The notes below the pieces were generated by a model. It saw only the letters and a program-made list of their open reading frames with translations, had not been told where the DNA came from and did no database searches. From Minisyncoccota bacterium (GTDB taxonomy: Bacteria > Patescibacteriota > Minisyncoccia > Phycocordibacterales > UBA9973): DNA of 64,000 nt. A program made the translations under genes and the position numbers. Below, in pieces: positions 17,724 to 28,416 of this stretch (within the stretch, counting starts at the first letter, position 1; every line of letters begins with the position of its first letter). The DNA lies in assembly GCA_041907605.1 (NCBI GenBank), contig JAYRGZ010000014.1, forward strand, positions 5,116-69,115, written 5' to 3'.

Positions 17724-19148
17724 ATGAGTGATAAGCAATATTTCACAACAATAGGATTAGAAATTCACGCGGAACTAAATACAAAATCAAAGATGTTTTG
17801 TGGCTGTAAGAATGATCCCGATGAAGAGAAACCAAACACAAATATTTGTCCAGTATGTATGGCTCATCCAGGATCACTGCCTGTGATAAATAAAGATGCA
17901 GTACTCTCAGTAATAAAGGTAGGTTTGGCGCTAAATGGACAAATATCAGAAGATTTCACAGAATTTGATAGAAAGAATTATTTCTATCCAGATATTCCAA
18001 AGGCTTATCAGATATCACAATACAAATATCCAATTGTCGGTGGTGGAAATCTCAAAGGCATTGATATTACGCGTGTGCACCTAGAAGAAGATACTGCTAC
18101 ATCAAAGCATGATAGGGGTGATTATTCTCTAGTAGATTTCAATCGTGCTGGTGTACCACTTATGGAGCTTGTGACAGAACCAGTTATACATTCTGCAGAA
18201 GAAGCAGGGAATTTTGCACGTGAATTACAGTTGCTACTGCGGTATCTCAATGTTTCTGAAGCAAATATGGAAAAAGGCCAAATGCGAGTAGAGCTCAATA
18301 TCTCAGTATCAGATGATCCCAAAAAATTTGGTACCAAAGTGGAGGTGAAGAATATTAATTCATTCAAAGCCGTAGAACGTGCAGCTAAATTTGAAACTGA
18401 GAGAATGATTGAACTTCTTGAAGCTGGTAAAGGATCAGAAATTGTACAGGAGACACGGGGATGGGATGAAACAAAACAAATTACCTTCTCTCAGCGTTCT
18501 AAGGAAAATGCACAGGACTACCGATATTTTCCTGATCCAGATTTACCGAAACTTGTCATGAAAGATGTATTTGATATTGCAGACCTACGAAAGGATTTAC
18601 CAGAACTACCTGAAGCGCGAAGAATTAGATATAGTGAGCAATTTGGAATAAAAGCCGAAGATGTAGAAAATTATATAAATGATTTTACTCTAGCGGGATT
18701 CTTTGAGGATGTAGTTACAGATCTCAACGGAAATAAAGATAGAATAAAATTAGCTTCAAACTACATATCATCTGATTTGATAGGATTAATGAAGAAAGAC
18801 CCTAGCATTAAATTACCACATTCCTATCATCTTGCTGAATTAATTAATATGATTTCCGAGAATAAACTTTCTTCAAGGGGAGCAAAGGATTTGTTGCTAT
18901 TAATTTGTAAAAATGATAAATCACCTCAAGAATTAGCCGAAGACAATGGATTAATTCAGAAAAATAATAGCGAAGAATTAGAATCCATAATCAGAAATGT
19001 TATTGAAAATAATACGAAAGTAGTTGAGGAATATAAAGCCGGTAAGGAGGCTTCACTGCAGTTTCTAATAGGCCAGGTAATGAAGGAATCCAAAGGTAGT
19101 GCGAACCCCGGGGTTGCTAAGCAATTATTAATAGATTTGTTAAAATAG
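17724..19148 (+). CDS. gatB: Asp-tRNA(Asn)/Glu-tRNA(Gln) amidotransferase subunit B.
   Basis: ..TTIGLEIHAELNTKSKMFCGC.. plus the C-terminal GatB/YqeY domain. Confidence 0.95.
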   Translation: MSDKQYFTTIGLEIHAELNTKSKMFCGCKNDPDEEKPNTNICPVCMAHPGSLPVINKDAVLSVIKVGLALNGQISEDFTEFDRKNYFYPDIPKAYQISQYKYPIVGGGNLKGIDITRVHLEEDTATSKHDRGDYSLVDFNRAGVPLMELVTEPVIHSAEEAGNFARELQLLLRYLNVSEANMEKGQMRVELNISVSDDPKKFGTKVEVKNINSFKAVERAAKFETERMIELLEAGKGSEIVQETRGWDETKQITFSQRSKENAQDYRYFPDPDLPKLVMKDVFDIADLRKDLPELPEARRIRYSEQFGIKAEDVENYINDFTLAGFFEDVVTDLNGNKDRIKLASNYISSDLIGLMKKDPSIKLPHSYHLAELINMISENKLSSRGAKDLLLLICKNDKSPQELAEDNGLIQKNNSEELESIIRNVIENNTKVVEEYKAGKEASLQFLIGQVMKESKGSANPGVAKQLLIDLLK

Positions 19149-19152
19149 ATAC

Positions 19153-20184
19153 ATGAGTAATAAAAAAGTCAGAGTAGGTATAAACGGCTTTGGCCGTATC
19201 GGTAGGGCATTTTTCAAAATTGCATGGGACAAACCTGAGATTGAAATCGTGGCATTAAATGATTTGGGTGATGTCAATAATATGGCATACCTCTTAAAAC
19301 ACGATACGGTATATCGTACATGGCCACACGATGTTAGTGTAGACGGTTCAAATATTGTAGTAGATGGTAAGAAGGTTCAAGTAGTGGCAGAAAAGGATCC
19401 TAATCTACTACCTTGGAAAGATTTGGATATTGATGTTGTGGTAGAGTCTACTGGTTTATTTACAGCATACGATAAAGCAAGCGCTCATATAAAAGCAGGA
19501 GCAAAGAAGGTTGTAATTTCTGCACCAGCAAAGGATGGTGATAGCGCGTATCCTGGAGAGACAATACTTCTCGGAGTAAACGACGACAAATTCGGTACAT
19601 GCGATGTCACATCGAATGCATCCTGTACTACAAATGCAGCTAGCCCTCTAATTGCAATACTTCATGATTCAATTGGAATAGAGAAAGCAGTTTTAAATAC
19701 TGTACATGCTTACACTGCATCACAAGCAATAGTAGATGGTCCCGCAAAGAAAGACCTAAGAGAAGGAAGAGCTGCTGCACAAAATATTGTACCGAGTTCT
19801 ACTGGTGCAGCTATCGCTGTGACGAAAGCATTTCCAGACCTCAATAATTTATTTGATGGCATATCAATACGTGTGCCAGTACCGGCTGGATCAATAGTAG
19901 ACGTCACATTTATCGCAAAGCGTAATACTAGTGCAGAAGAAGTAAACAAAATTCTCACAGATGCATCAAATTCTGATCACTGGAAGAAAATTTTTGCTGT
20001 TACAAATGAGCCTCTAGTATCAAGTGACATACTCGGCGAATCACATGCATCTATCGCTGACCTTGCTATGACTAGAGTAGTTGGAGGCAACCTTGTGAAA
20101 GTTCTCGCATGGTATGACAACGAAATGGGATACACACATACATTAATTGATCACGTTATTAACGTCGGAAATACTATTAAGTAA
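19153..20184 (+). CDS. gap: Glyceraldehyde-3-phosphate dehydrogenase.
   Basis: VRVGINGFGRIGR.. and SNASCTTNA. Confidence 0.95.
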   Translation: MSNKKVRVGINGFGRIGRAFFKIAWDKPEIEIVALNDLGDVNNMAYLLKHDTVYRTWPHDVSVDGSNIVVDGKKVQVVAEKDPNLLPWKDLDIDVVVESTGLFTAYDKASAHIKAGAKKVVISAPAKDGDSAYPGETILLGVNDDKFGTCDVTSNASCTTNAASPLIAILHDSIGIEKAVLNTVHAYTASQAIVDGPAKKDLREGRAAAQNIVPSSTGAAIAVTKAFPDLNNLFDGISIRVPVPAGSIVDVTFIAKRNTSAEEVNKILTDASNSDHWKKIFAVTNEPLVSSDILGESHASIADLAMTRVVGGNLVKVLAWYDNEMGYTHTLIDHVINVGNTIK

Positions 20185-20195
20185 TTGAGTTAGAT

Positions 20196-20411
20196 ATGAA
20201 TACAAATATGGAAGGAGGGGATATGAGTACCGAAAAATTAGTTCAGAGTAGTATTGAAATGATTGAATCAATATCAAGATCAATGATTGAACTATCGAAA
20301 AGACTTGAGGCGGTTAAGGGTGCTACAGGATTCGAAAAGGAAGCTCGTGATCTCGAGATATCAATAGAGACCTTGAACGACAGACTGAATCTATTAGAAA
20401 AATCAAACTAG
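20196..20411 (+). CDS. Small hypothetical coiled-coil protein.
   Basis: 71-aa ORF between gap and rpiB; no motif. Confidence 0.3.
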   Translation: MNTNMEGGDMSTEKLVQSSIEMIESISRSMIELSKRLEAVKGATGFEKEARDLEISIETLNDRLNLLEKSN

Positions 20412-20414
20412 GTA

Positions 20415-20897
20415 ATGAACATCTATATTGCATCAGATCATGCTGGATATGAGATGAAGAATGAACTCAAAGAATACTTGAGTAGTTTAGGTCATGCAGT
20501 AGAAGATCTTGGTGCAAACACATATAATTCCGAGGACGATTATCCTGATTATACAAAATTAATTTCTGAGTATATCTCTAAAGACGTAATGAGTCTTGGT
20601 ATTTTAATTTGCGGAACAGGTCAAGGAGAAATCATGGCAGCAAATAGAAATCCGGGTGTTAGATGTGCATTGTTCTATGGTGAAGCAATTCCAAAAACTC
20701 AAATTGATATAAATGGATTAGAGAGTACTGATAGTTACGAAATAATAAAACTTGCCAGATCTCATAATAATGCAAATGTGCTTGCACTAGCATCACGGTT
20801 TATTGATATTGAGCAAGCGAAAAAAGCAGTGAGTGTATTTATTGAAACTCCATTCTCAAATGAGGAAAGACACGTTAGAAGATTGAGTAAATTTTAA
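20415..20897 (+). CDS. rpiB: Ribose-5-phosphate isomerase B (RpiB/LacAB family).
   Basis: MNIYIASDHAGYEMK..ILICGTGQGEIMAANRNPGVRCAL. Confidence 0.85.
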   Translation: MNIYIASDHAGYEMKNELKEYLSSLGHAVEDLGANTYNSEDDYPDYTKLISEYISKDVMSLGILICGTGQGEIMAANRNPGVRCALFYGEAIPKTQIDINGLESTDSYEIIKLARSHNNANVLALASRFIDIEQAKKAVSVFIETPFSNEERHVRRLSKF

Positions 20898-20898
20898 T

Positions 20899-21582
20899 AT
20901 GATCGAAATCGTACCTGCAATTTTGCCTGAAAATATTGGTGAACTTCGTGGCAAAGCAACACTAGTGAGAAATCTAGTCAAAACCATTCAAATTGATTTT
21001 TGTGATGGTATTTTTGTGGATAACAAAACCTGGCCATACAATGGCAAGGACGCGCTAGTATATCAGAAAATCCTAGGTGAGGATGAGGGTTTACCATTTG
21101 CTGATGAGATTGATTATGAATTTGATCTAATGGTAAAGAACGCATCACAGAAGTTTAATGATTTTGTAAAACTCGGCCCTGCACGTGTGGTATTTCATAT
21201 TGACGCCGAAGATTCACTTCTAGAATTTTTTGAAAATCTTGAACCATATTACAAGGAGAATATTCAATTCGGTATAGCAGTTACTACAAAAACCGATTTA
21301 GAAATTCTGGATCAATACATTCCTCACATAAAATTCATACAATGTATGGGAATAGAAAATGTTGGATTCCAGAGCCAACCCTTTGATCCTCGCTCACTTG
21401 ATACTGTTAGAAATTTGCATGAACGCTATCCAAGCCTTACAATTAGTGTAGATGGTGGTGTAAATTTAGAAACAGGCACACAGCTTGCAGAAAATGGTGC
21501 TACAAGACTCATCGTTGGTAGTGCACTTTTTTCAAAAATTGATATTGCAGGAACAATTCTAGAATTCACACACATCGCCTAA
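20899..21582 (+). CDS. rpe: Ribulose-phosphate 3-epimerase-like TIM-barrel protein.
   Basis: The IQIDFCDGIFVDN motif (compare HxDxMDG) and its position inside the pentose-phosphate gene block. Confidence 0.6.
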   Translation: MIEIVPAILPENIGELRGKATLVRNLVKTIQIDFCDGIFVDNKTWPYNGKDALVYQKILGEDEGLPFADEIDYEFDLMVKNASQKFNDFVKLGPARVVFHIDAEDSLLEFFENLEPYYKENIQFGIAVTTKTDLEILDQYIPHIKFIQCMGIENVGFQSQPFDPRSLDTVRNLHERYPSLTISVDGGVNLETGTQLAENGATRLIVGSALFSKIDIAGTILEFTHIA

Positions 21583-21586
21583 ATAA

Positions 21587-22456
21587 ATGGCAAACCTTTT
21601 AACAGATAGCAGAAAGATTGAACTGGAGCAGATAGCGAACAATATTCGCGAGTATATTATTTCTATGCTCCTTGAGGCTGGATCCGGTCATACAGCTGGA
21701 CCACTTGGCATGACTGATGTTTTCACACTTCTATTTTTTCATATTTTAAAGCATGATCCCAAAAATCCTGATTGGGAAGATAGAGACAGACTAGTTCTAT
21801 CAAACGGTCACATTTGCCCGGTATATTATGCGACTATGGCTCACGCTGGATATATGCCAGTTGAAGAATTACAAACTCTGAGAAAATTCGGCTCTAGACT
21901 CCAAGGTCATCCTCATAGAGAATTTATGCCATGGCTTGAGACCTCATCTGGTCCACTCGGGTCTGGATTATCACAGGCAACAGGTATGGCCATAGCACAA
22001 AAAATTGATGGTACAAATAAAGATCGCTACATATATTGCCTGACATCTGATGGGGAACACAATGAAGGAAACACATGGGAGGCAGTGCTTCTCGCAGCAA
22101 AAGAAAGATTGCACAATTTGATCGTGATAGTAGATAGAAACAATATTCAAATTGATGGATACACTGAGGATGTAATGCCACTCGATGACATGGCTAAAAA
22201 GTATGAAAGTTTTAATTGGCATGTTCAAGAAGTTGATGGACATAATTTCGAGCAATTAAATGATGCTATAGGCAAGGCCCAGGCAGTATATGAAAAGCCT
22301 TCAGTTATAATAGCTCGCACAATTCCCGGTAAAGGTGTAAAAGAATTTGAGAGAGATTTCAGATGGCATGGCAAAGCTCCAAATAAAGATGAAGCAAAGA
22401 TGGCTCTTAAAGAACTTCGAACATTAGGAGGCAAAATTAAGAGTGAGCACCAATAA
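21587..22456 (+). CDS. Transketolase, N-terminal (thiamine-diphosphate-binding) subunit.
   Basis: ..GSGHTAGPLGMTDVFT..SNGHICPVYYA.. The transketolase is split into two genes. Confidence 0.9.
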   Translation: MANLLTDSRKIELEQIANNIREYIISMLLEAGSGHTAGPLGMTDVFTLLFFHILKHDPKNPDWEDRDRLVLSNGHICPVYYATMAHAGYMPVEELQTLRKFGSRLQGHPHREFMPWLETSSGPLGSGLSQATGMAIAQKIDGTNKDRYIYCLTSDGEHNEGNTWEAVLLAAKERLHNLIVIVDRNNIQIDGYTEDVMPLDDMAKKYESFNWHVQEVDGHNFEQLNDAIGKAQAVYEKPSVIIARTIPGKGVKEFERDFRWHGKAPNKDEAKMALKELRTLGGKIKSEHQ

Positions 22457-22691
22457 TATGTCTAGCCAGATTTTATTTAAAATAATTGGAGTAGTTGGGC
22501 TTTTGCTGATATGTCTAGGAATGATTGTAAAAAATCGCCGTACAAGAGATGTTGAAAGCATAATTGGTGGGATATTTTTATTTATATACAGTTTTTATCT
22601 CCACGATTTTATTTTTATAATACTTCAAGCTGTATATGTAATTGTTGTTACATTTGATTATTTTAAACAAACAAAAAATGCTAAACCCTAA
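22443..22691 (+). CDS. Possible small 2-TM membrane protein overlapping the junction of the split transketolase genes.
   Basis: 82-aa ORF with two hydrophobic helices. It overlaps the end of tktN by 14 nt and the start of tktC by 14 nt, so it may not be coding. Confidence 0.3.
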   Translation: MSTNNMSSQILFKIIGVVGLLLICLGMIVKNRRTRDVESIIGGIFLFIYSFYLHDFIFIILQAVYVIVVTFDYFKQTKNAKP

Positions 22692-23676
22692 ACTAAAACT
22701 AAATCCGAAAGTTTTCAACGACGATGTTTTACAAATTCCAATTCGTAAAGGTTTTGGTGAGGGGCTTGTAGTTGCCGGAGAAGAAAATAAAAATGTTGTA
22801 GCCCTCTGCGCTGACCTTACCGAAAGTACTCAGATGCTTCCGTTTAAGGAGAAATTTCCAGAGAGATTTGTGGAAATTGGTGTAGCAGAGCAAAACTTAG
22901 TCACAGTTTCCTCTGGTATGGCTGCTATGGGAAAAATTCCATTTTGTTCTAGTTATGCTATGTTCTCTCCTGGAAGAAATTGGGAGCAAATTCGCACCAC
23001 AATTGCATACAATGACCGCGGGGTAATTATCGTAGGATCACATGCTGGTGTATCTGTTGGACCTGACGGTGGTACTCATCAGGCGATAGAAGATATTGCT
23101 CTTATGAGAGTATTACCCAATATGATTGTGGTATCACCATGTGATTCAATTGAAGCGAGGAAGGCGACTATAGCACTAGCGAAATCAGGGAAGCCTGCAT
23201 ACCTACGACTTGCTCGAGAGAAAACAGGAATTATGACTACTGATGATACTCCGTTTGAAATTGGTAAAGCACAAATATTTTATTCACCTGATGGTATTTC
23301 ACATGTTGGGGTCATTGCAACTGGTGCACTAGTTCGCAATGCAATTTTAGCTGCCAAGGATTTAGAAAAAAAGGGAATAAAGGTGAAAGTTATGAACTTG
23401 GCGACAATAAAACCCCTTGATACTGAAGCAATTATTGCTCTAGCAAAAGAATGTAAAGCCATTGTTACTATTGAAGAGCATCAGGTCGCAGGTGGCATGG
23501 GTTCTGCTGTAGCAGAATGCTTATCCCAAAATTATCCAGTACCGATAGAATTTATTGGAGTACAAGATAAATTTGGTCAATCAGGTACCCCTGAGCAACT
23601 CATAAAGCATTATAAAATGGATAGAGATTCCATCACGCAAGCGATAATAAAGGTTCTAAATAGAAAATCTAATTAA
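22678..23676 (+). CDS. Transketolase, C-terminal (pyrimidine-binding plus C-terminal domain) subunit.
   Basis: Start trimmed to MLNPKLK. ..GVAEQNLVTVSSGMAAMG..GSHAGVSVGPDGGTHQAIEDIAL... Confidence 0.9.
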   Translation: MLNPKLKLNPKVFNDDVLQIPIRKGFGEGLVVAGEENKNVVALCADLTESTQMLPFKEKFPERFVEIGVAEQNLVTVSSGMAAMGKIPFCSSYAMFSPGRNWEQIRTTIAYNDRGVIIVGSHAGVSVGPDGGTHQAIEDIALMRVLPNMIVVSPCDSIEARKATIALAKSGKPAYLRLAREKTGIMTTDDTPFEIGKAQIFYSPDGISHVGVIATGALVRNAILAAKDLEKKGIKVKVMNLATIKPLDTEAIIALAKECKAIVTIEEHQVAGGMGSAVAECLSQNYPVPIEFIGVQDKFGQSGTPEQLIKHYKMDRDSITQAIIKVLNRKSN

Positions 23677-24025
23677 GTTTAGGATCGTCACCCAAAATAT
23701 CTTTTAGGATTCTTGCTTTCTGTTCAAGGAATCCTCCGGATGGATCAGTAGGATCAATCTTAGACAATAAAACTCTGGTTTCTAGGTATTTTTTCCTCAA
23801 AGCTTTAAGTGACTCATCTGTAATATTAAATTCCAGTAAGTTATTACCTTTTAGGATTTTATTCAAAACATCATCAATATTATTTTCTGAAACCTCTATT
23901 GGTTTGTTTTCCGATTTCTTAGCTGCGTCTTCTGTTTCAAAACCATCAGAAATATTATGAGGATATTCCATATCATCCACACTAACAGCCTTATCTATAA
24001 AAAATTCTCCTGAATTTTCTTTCAT
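23669..24025 (-). CDS. Hypothetical acidic protein.
   Basis: 118 aa. It overlaps the stop of the upstream PfkB kinase on the minus strand. Confidence 0.4.
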   Translation of the reverse strand: MKENSGEFFIDKAVSVDDMEYPHNISDGFETEDAAKKSENKPIEVSENNIDDVLNKILKGNNLLEFNITDESLKALRKKYLETRVLLSKIDPTDPSGGFLEQKARILKDILGDDPKLN

Positions 24026-25041
24026 TATATTTCTCTAGGTTTGTAATCAGCTGGCGCCTTCGCCAAAAATTCTTTTAGTTTATCTTGAGATAGTAATCCT
24101 TTTTGGGCACCAACATACTGTGTCACAGACATTGCATTAATTGGTGCCCAAAGTAGTGCTTCTTTGAGAGTTTTTCCCATTACTAAACATGCTGTAATTG
24201 TAGACTCGTAGGCATCACCAGCACCTGTTCTTTCAATCGGTGTATGAGGATATATTCCCATGAACAAATACTTACCTTCGCCAGTTGGCGAATCCTCACG
24301 CGCGTAGGCACCATTGTATCCATCTGTCATTACAATGTGTCGTGGACCAAGATTGTGTAGCATGTCCATGAGCTTTTTCTTGTCGGACTCCTGTGTTTCT
24401 AAAATTCTTTGAGCTTCTTCAACATTACAAAACAATATGTCGCTGTGTTTATATATATCCTTTAGTGATTCCTTGCCTAATTTTATTTGAAATGTTCCAG
24501 GCTGAAAGGCTAATTTTGTCTCTGGATGAGCATCGAGCCACCTAGCAATTTCATGATGAAAACCTTCTGTATTTTCACCAAGTGATGTTAGATAAATCCA
24601 CTTTGGTGCTTTGAAATTCTTAGGTAAAGTTCTATTGAAAGGAGAGTGGTTTACCAAAATGGTTCTTTCCACGTCATACCAAAGTACATAATGATAGTTC
24701 GTTGGTAATTTTTCATCTGTATCAATGTAATCACATGATACGTTATTCTTTGCCAATTCTTGAAGACAGTCTTTTCCATTCTGATCATCACCGATTGTAA
24801 CCATGAGAGCACTTTTTAGTCCCAAACGTGAGGCAGACACTGCTGCATTTGCACTGTTGCCAACTGCTTTTACTACTTCAACAGATTCAAAAGGAACTTT
24901 GTCGCCAAAACGCACACAAAGTTCGCATGCAGTCTTATCTAATTTACAATGTACATTTGCATCCTTAAGCCGAATAAAAGCATCAGTAACAATGTCACCA
25001 ATTGCAACAAAATCATAAGTTTCGTTTCTAGAAAACCACAT
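24025..25041 (-). CDS. PfkB-family carbohydrate/nucleoside kinase (ribokinase-like).
   Basis: N-terminal ..FVAIGDIVTDAF.. and C-terminal GAGDAYESTITACLVMG (the PfkB GAGD motif). Confidence 0.8.
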   Translation of the reverse strand: MWFSRNETYDFVAIGDIVTDAFIRLKDANVHCKLDKTACELCVRFGDKVPFESVEVVKAVGNSANAAVSASRLGLKSALMVTIGDDQNGKDCLQELAKNNVSCDYIDTDEKLPTNYHYVLWYDVERTILVNHSPFNRTLPKNFKAPKWIYLTSLGENTEGFHHEIARWLDAHPETKLAFQPGTFQIKLGKESLKDIYKHSDILFCNVEEAQRILETQESDKKKLMDMLHNLGPRHIVMTDGYNGAYAREDSPTGEGKYLFMGIYPHTPIERTGAGDAYESTITACLVMGKTLKEALLWAPINAMSVTQYVGAQKGLLSQDKLKEFLAKAPADYKPREI

Positions 25042-25092
25042 ATATGTCTATATTGTAGCATGAATATAATTACGCATGGTATAATTCTCCAC

Positions 25093-25728
25093 ATGAAGCA
25101 ATCAAACATGGATTCAATCGCCGATGGAATATTTGCGATTGTTATGACCCTACTGGTTTTCGAGATAAAAGTGCCTGCAATATACGGAATTGTCACAAAT
25201 GAAGCCATCTGGAAGTCTATGATTGTGCTTTATCCACTTTTCCTGAGCTATATACTCTCTTTTTCTCTGCTTTTTACTTACTGGAGGTCGTATCATTTAA
25301 TTGCATCTGTATACGCGAAAAATACTGATTTCACACTTACAAATATTGCAGGAGTTTTCTTTATGCTTGTTGCACTTGCTCCTTTTTCCTCACATTTGCT
25401 TGGTACATATAGCGAAGTACCTATGGCTATAATACTTTTTGCTACAAACATAATACTCGTTAGTCTCACACTATTTTTGATGAGAAAGTACGCGACTCGT
25501 GCAGCAACAATTGAAAACGAACCGGTATCAAAACAAGAGAACCATCGTGCCTATACTAGAATATTGTTTCCAGTATTTTGTTCACTGATTGCAATAATTG
25601 TAAGTTTTACTGATACAAAATTGGCATTATTTTTATTGACCATTGGAATACTGTTTAACCTTTCCAAGGATAGTACACACATTATTTTCAGTGTTATAAA
25701 TCCACTAATCGGGAGAAAACTTGGCTAA
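25093..25728 (+). CDS. DUF1211/TMEM175-like membrane protein (putative K+ channel family).
   Basis: Start trimmed to MKQSNMDS. The hallmark DGIFAIVMTLLVFE is followed by 5-6 TM helices. Confidence 0.6.
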   Translation: MKQSNMDSIADGIFAIVMTLLVFEIKVPAIYGIVTNEAIWKSMIVLYPLFLSYILSFSLLFTYWRSYHLIASVYAKNTDFTLTNIAGVFFMLVALAPFSSHLLGTYSEVPMAIILFATNIILVSLTLFLMRKYATRAATIENEPVSKQENHRAYTRILFPVFCSLIAIIVSFTDTKLALFLLTIGILFNLSKDSTHIIFSVINPLIGRKLG

Positions 25729-26599
25729 TATGAAGACACTACGCGAATACATTAAAGACGCAGGGGATAATGGAATAGCAGTTGGGCATTTTAATTTTTC
25801 TAGTATAGAAGTACTGGAAGCAATTTTTGAATCAGCGCTGGAACTTAATGTCCCGGTGATTGTAGGTACAGCTGAAGGTGAGGAAGGATTCGTGGGGACC
25901 GAGCAAGCAGTAGCACTGGTGAAAACATTTAGAGATAAATATAATTTTCCAATATTTCTAAACGCTGATCATCATTACACATTTGAAAGTGTGAAAAAGT
26001 CTATTGATGCAGGATACGATATGGTAATTTTTGACGGAGCGAAACTTCCACTTGATGAAAACACAAAAATTACAAAACAGTGTGTAGATTACGCACGTAC
26101 TGTTAGGAGAGATGTGCTTGTAGAAGCAGAGTTAGGATACATCGGCCAAGCTTCCGCAATTTTAGACTCGATACCTGAAGGCGTAAAACTTGGTGAGAAT
26201 GAATTAACTAAACCAGAAGAAGCCGTTAAGTTTATTTCTGATACTGGAATTGACATGTTTGCACCGTCTGTTGGAAATGTTCATGGAATGTTGCGTTCGG
26301 TTCCTGATCCAGATTTGAACATTGAAAGAATCAAGGAAATTAAAAAAGCAGTATCAATTCCGCTTGTACTTCACGGTGCTTCAGGAAATACTGATGTAGA
26401 TATACGAAACGCGATTAATGCTGGTATTGCTGTTGTACATGTAAATACAGAACTTCGTAGGGCTTGGACAGATAGCCTAAAGGCACATGTTACAGAACAC
26501 CCAGATGACGTAGCACCCTATAAGGTACTCAAGGAATCAAAAGAGTCCGTAAAAAAAGTTGTTACAGAAAAACTAAAATTGTTTAACGGAATCCAATGA
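25721..26599 (+). CDS. fba: Class II fructose-bisphosphate aldolase.
   Basis: ..GIAVGHFNFSS..LNADHHY..VLVEAELGYIG..LHGASG. Confidence 0.9.
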   Translation: MANMKTLREYIKDAGDNGIAVGHFNFSSIEVLEAIFESALELNVPVIVGTAEGEEGFVGTEQAVALVKTFRDKYNFPIFLNADHHYTFESVKKSIDAGYDMVIFDGAKLPLDENTKITKQCVDYARTVRRDVLVEAELGYIGQASAILDSIPEGVKLGENELTKPEEAVKFISDTGIDMFAPSVGNVHGMLRSVPDPDLNIERIKEIKKAVSIPLVLHGASGNTDVDIRNAINAGIAVVHVNTELRRAWTDSLKAHVTEHPDDVAPYKVLKESKESVKKVVTEKLKLFNGIQ

Positions 26600-28329
26600 A
26601 GGATGAAATACAAAAAATATTTGAAGGTGATATAGATGATAGTGTAGAAACACTATCAAAATATTCACATGATGCCTCGCTTTTTGAAATACGTCCGCAA
26701 TTAGTTTTATATCCCAAACATTCAAAAGATATAGAGAATCTTGTTCTTTGGGTGAGAGAAAACAAAGCTAAATATCCGAGTCTATCAATTACTGCGCGCT
26801 GTGCTGGTACATGTATGTCTGGTGGATCAATTAATAACTCTATTATCATTGATTTCACAAAATACATGAATAAAGTTATTAGTATAGGAAAATCTGAAAA
26901 AGAAATAATGAAACCACTCTTCACTTCGTCACGTGATGTTGAGATAACAGGCTACGCTATAACACAACCAGGTGTATTTTATCGTGATTTTGAGCCACAG
27001 ACTTTTGAGAAGGGCCTCCTACTTCCGTGCTATACAGCATCAAAAAGCTTAAATGCGCTGGGTGGAATGGTTGGTAATAATTCTGGGGGAGAACTAACAC
27101 TTCGGTACGGAAAAACAGAAGACTATATATCCGAGCTTAAGGTAGTATTTTCTGATGGACATGAATACAGTGTCAGACCCATTACAAGGAGAGAACTTTA
27201 CCAGAAAATTGCTGAGCCTACATTTGAAGGAAAAGTTTACAAAGAAATGTTTGATCTTATTACAGAGCACGAGGAACAAATTAAAAATGCAAAACCAAAA
27301 GTTACAAAAAATTCAGCAGGATATTATTTGTGGAATGTATTACAAAGAGGAAAAACCGAAGCTGATGATATTTTCGATCTTACCAAACTCATAGTAGGTT
27401 CACAGGGAACCCTAGGAATCGTGACAGAGATTAGGTGGAAACTAGTGGAAAAAATTGAAAAATCAAAACTACTAGTACTTTTTCTAAAAGATTTCAAGGA
27501 GATTGGGGCCATAGTAGATGAGTTGCTTGTGACTGATCCAATTAGTATTGAATCATATGATGACAAAACATTTTGGTTGGCAGTAAAGTTCTTTAAGGAT
27601 TTTGTGAAAAATAAAGGATTCTGGTCAACAATTAGATTTGGTTTAGAATTTCTTCCAGAAGTATTTATGACTTTGCGTGGTGGAGTACCGAAGCTTATTA
27701 TTTTATCTGAATATGCTGGTAAATCAGAGAGTGAAATAAATTTAAAAGCGCAAAAGGCATACAGTAGTATGAAAAAATTTGGTCTGAAAATGCGAGTAAC
27801 AAAATCATCACAGGAAGCTGAAAAATATTGGACAATGCGAAGAGACAGTTTTGCATTATTACGTAAACATGTTGCAGGCAAGAGAACCGCACCATTCATA
27901 GATGATGTGATCGTACGCTCAGAATTCTTGCATGATTTTCTTCCTAAGATTAATACTCTAATACAAGAATATCCTAATCTTGTTTATACAATTGCTGGAC
28001 ATGCTGAAAATGGCAATTTTCATATAATCCCTCTAGTAGACCCTAGTGATCCAAAACTAGTAGATACTGTAGTGGAATTATCAAAACGCGTATATGATTT
28101 AGTACTATCATACGGTGGATCAATAGATGCTGAGCATAATGATGGCATAGTTAGAACCCCATACCTAAATCAAATGTATGGAGATGCTATATATGCACTT
28201 TTCGAGAATACTAAATCAATTTTTGATCCCTTAAATATGTTTAACCCTGGGAAGAAGGTGGGTGGCACGATAGAAAATCTAAAAGAGGCTTTAGTGCAAC
28301 CACACAAAAACACACAACACTCTTCTTAG
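26596..28329 (+). CDS. FAD-linked oxidase (FAD_binding_4/PCMH-type; GlcD or D-lactate dehydrogenase-like).
   Basis: FAD-binding core ..CYTASKSLNALGGMVGNNSGGE.. plus C-terminal oxidase domain length. Confidence 0.75.
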   Translation: MKDEIQKIFEGDIDDSVETLSKYSHDASLFEIRPQLVLYPKHSKDIENLVLWVRENKAKYPSLSITARCAGTCMSGGSINNSIIIDFTKYMNKVISIGKSEKEIMKPLFTSSRDVEITGYAITQPGVFYRDFEPQTFEKGLLLPCYTASKSLNALGGMVGNNSGGELTLRYGKTEDYISELKVVFSDGHEYSVRPITRRELYQKIAEPTFEGKVYKEMFDLITEHEEQIKNAKPKVTKNSAGYYLWNVLQRGKTEADDIFDLTKLIVGSQGTLGIVTEIRWKLVEKIEKSKLLVLFLKDFKEIGAIVDELLVTDPISIESYDDKTFWLAVKFFKDFVKNKGFWSTIRFGLEFLPEVFMTLRGGVPKLIILSEYAGKSESEINLKAQKAYSSMKKFGLKMRVTKSSQEAEKYWTMRRDSFALLRKHVAGKRTAPFIDDVIVRSEFLHDFLPKINTLIQEYPNLVYTIAGHAENGNFHIIPLVDPSDPKLVDTVVELSKRVYDLVLSYGGSIDAEHNDGIVRTPYLNQMYGDAIYALFENTKSIFDPLNMFNPGKKVGGTIENLKEALVQPHKNTQHSS

Positions 28330-28378
28330 CAAGTAACAGCGTAGGGATATTGTCGTATATATATGTAGGTCGAATACC

Positions 28379-28406
28379 TTGCATTTTGGTGTTTTTTGTG
28401 TAGAAT
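28379..28406 (+). promoter_or_regulatory. Putative promoter for rplY (TTGCAT-16-TAGAAT), implying a leaderless or near-leaderless transcript.
   Basis: TTGCAT at ~28379-28384 and TAGAAT at ~28401-28406. The ATG at 28417 lies ~10 nt after the -10. Confidence 0.45.
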
Positions 28407-28416
28407 TTACAATATT

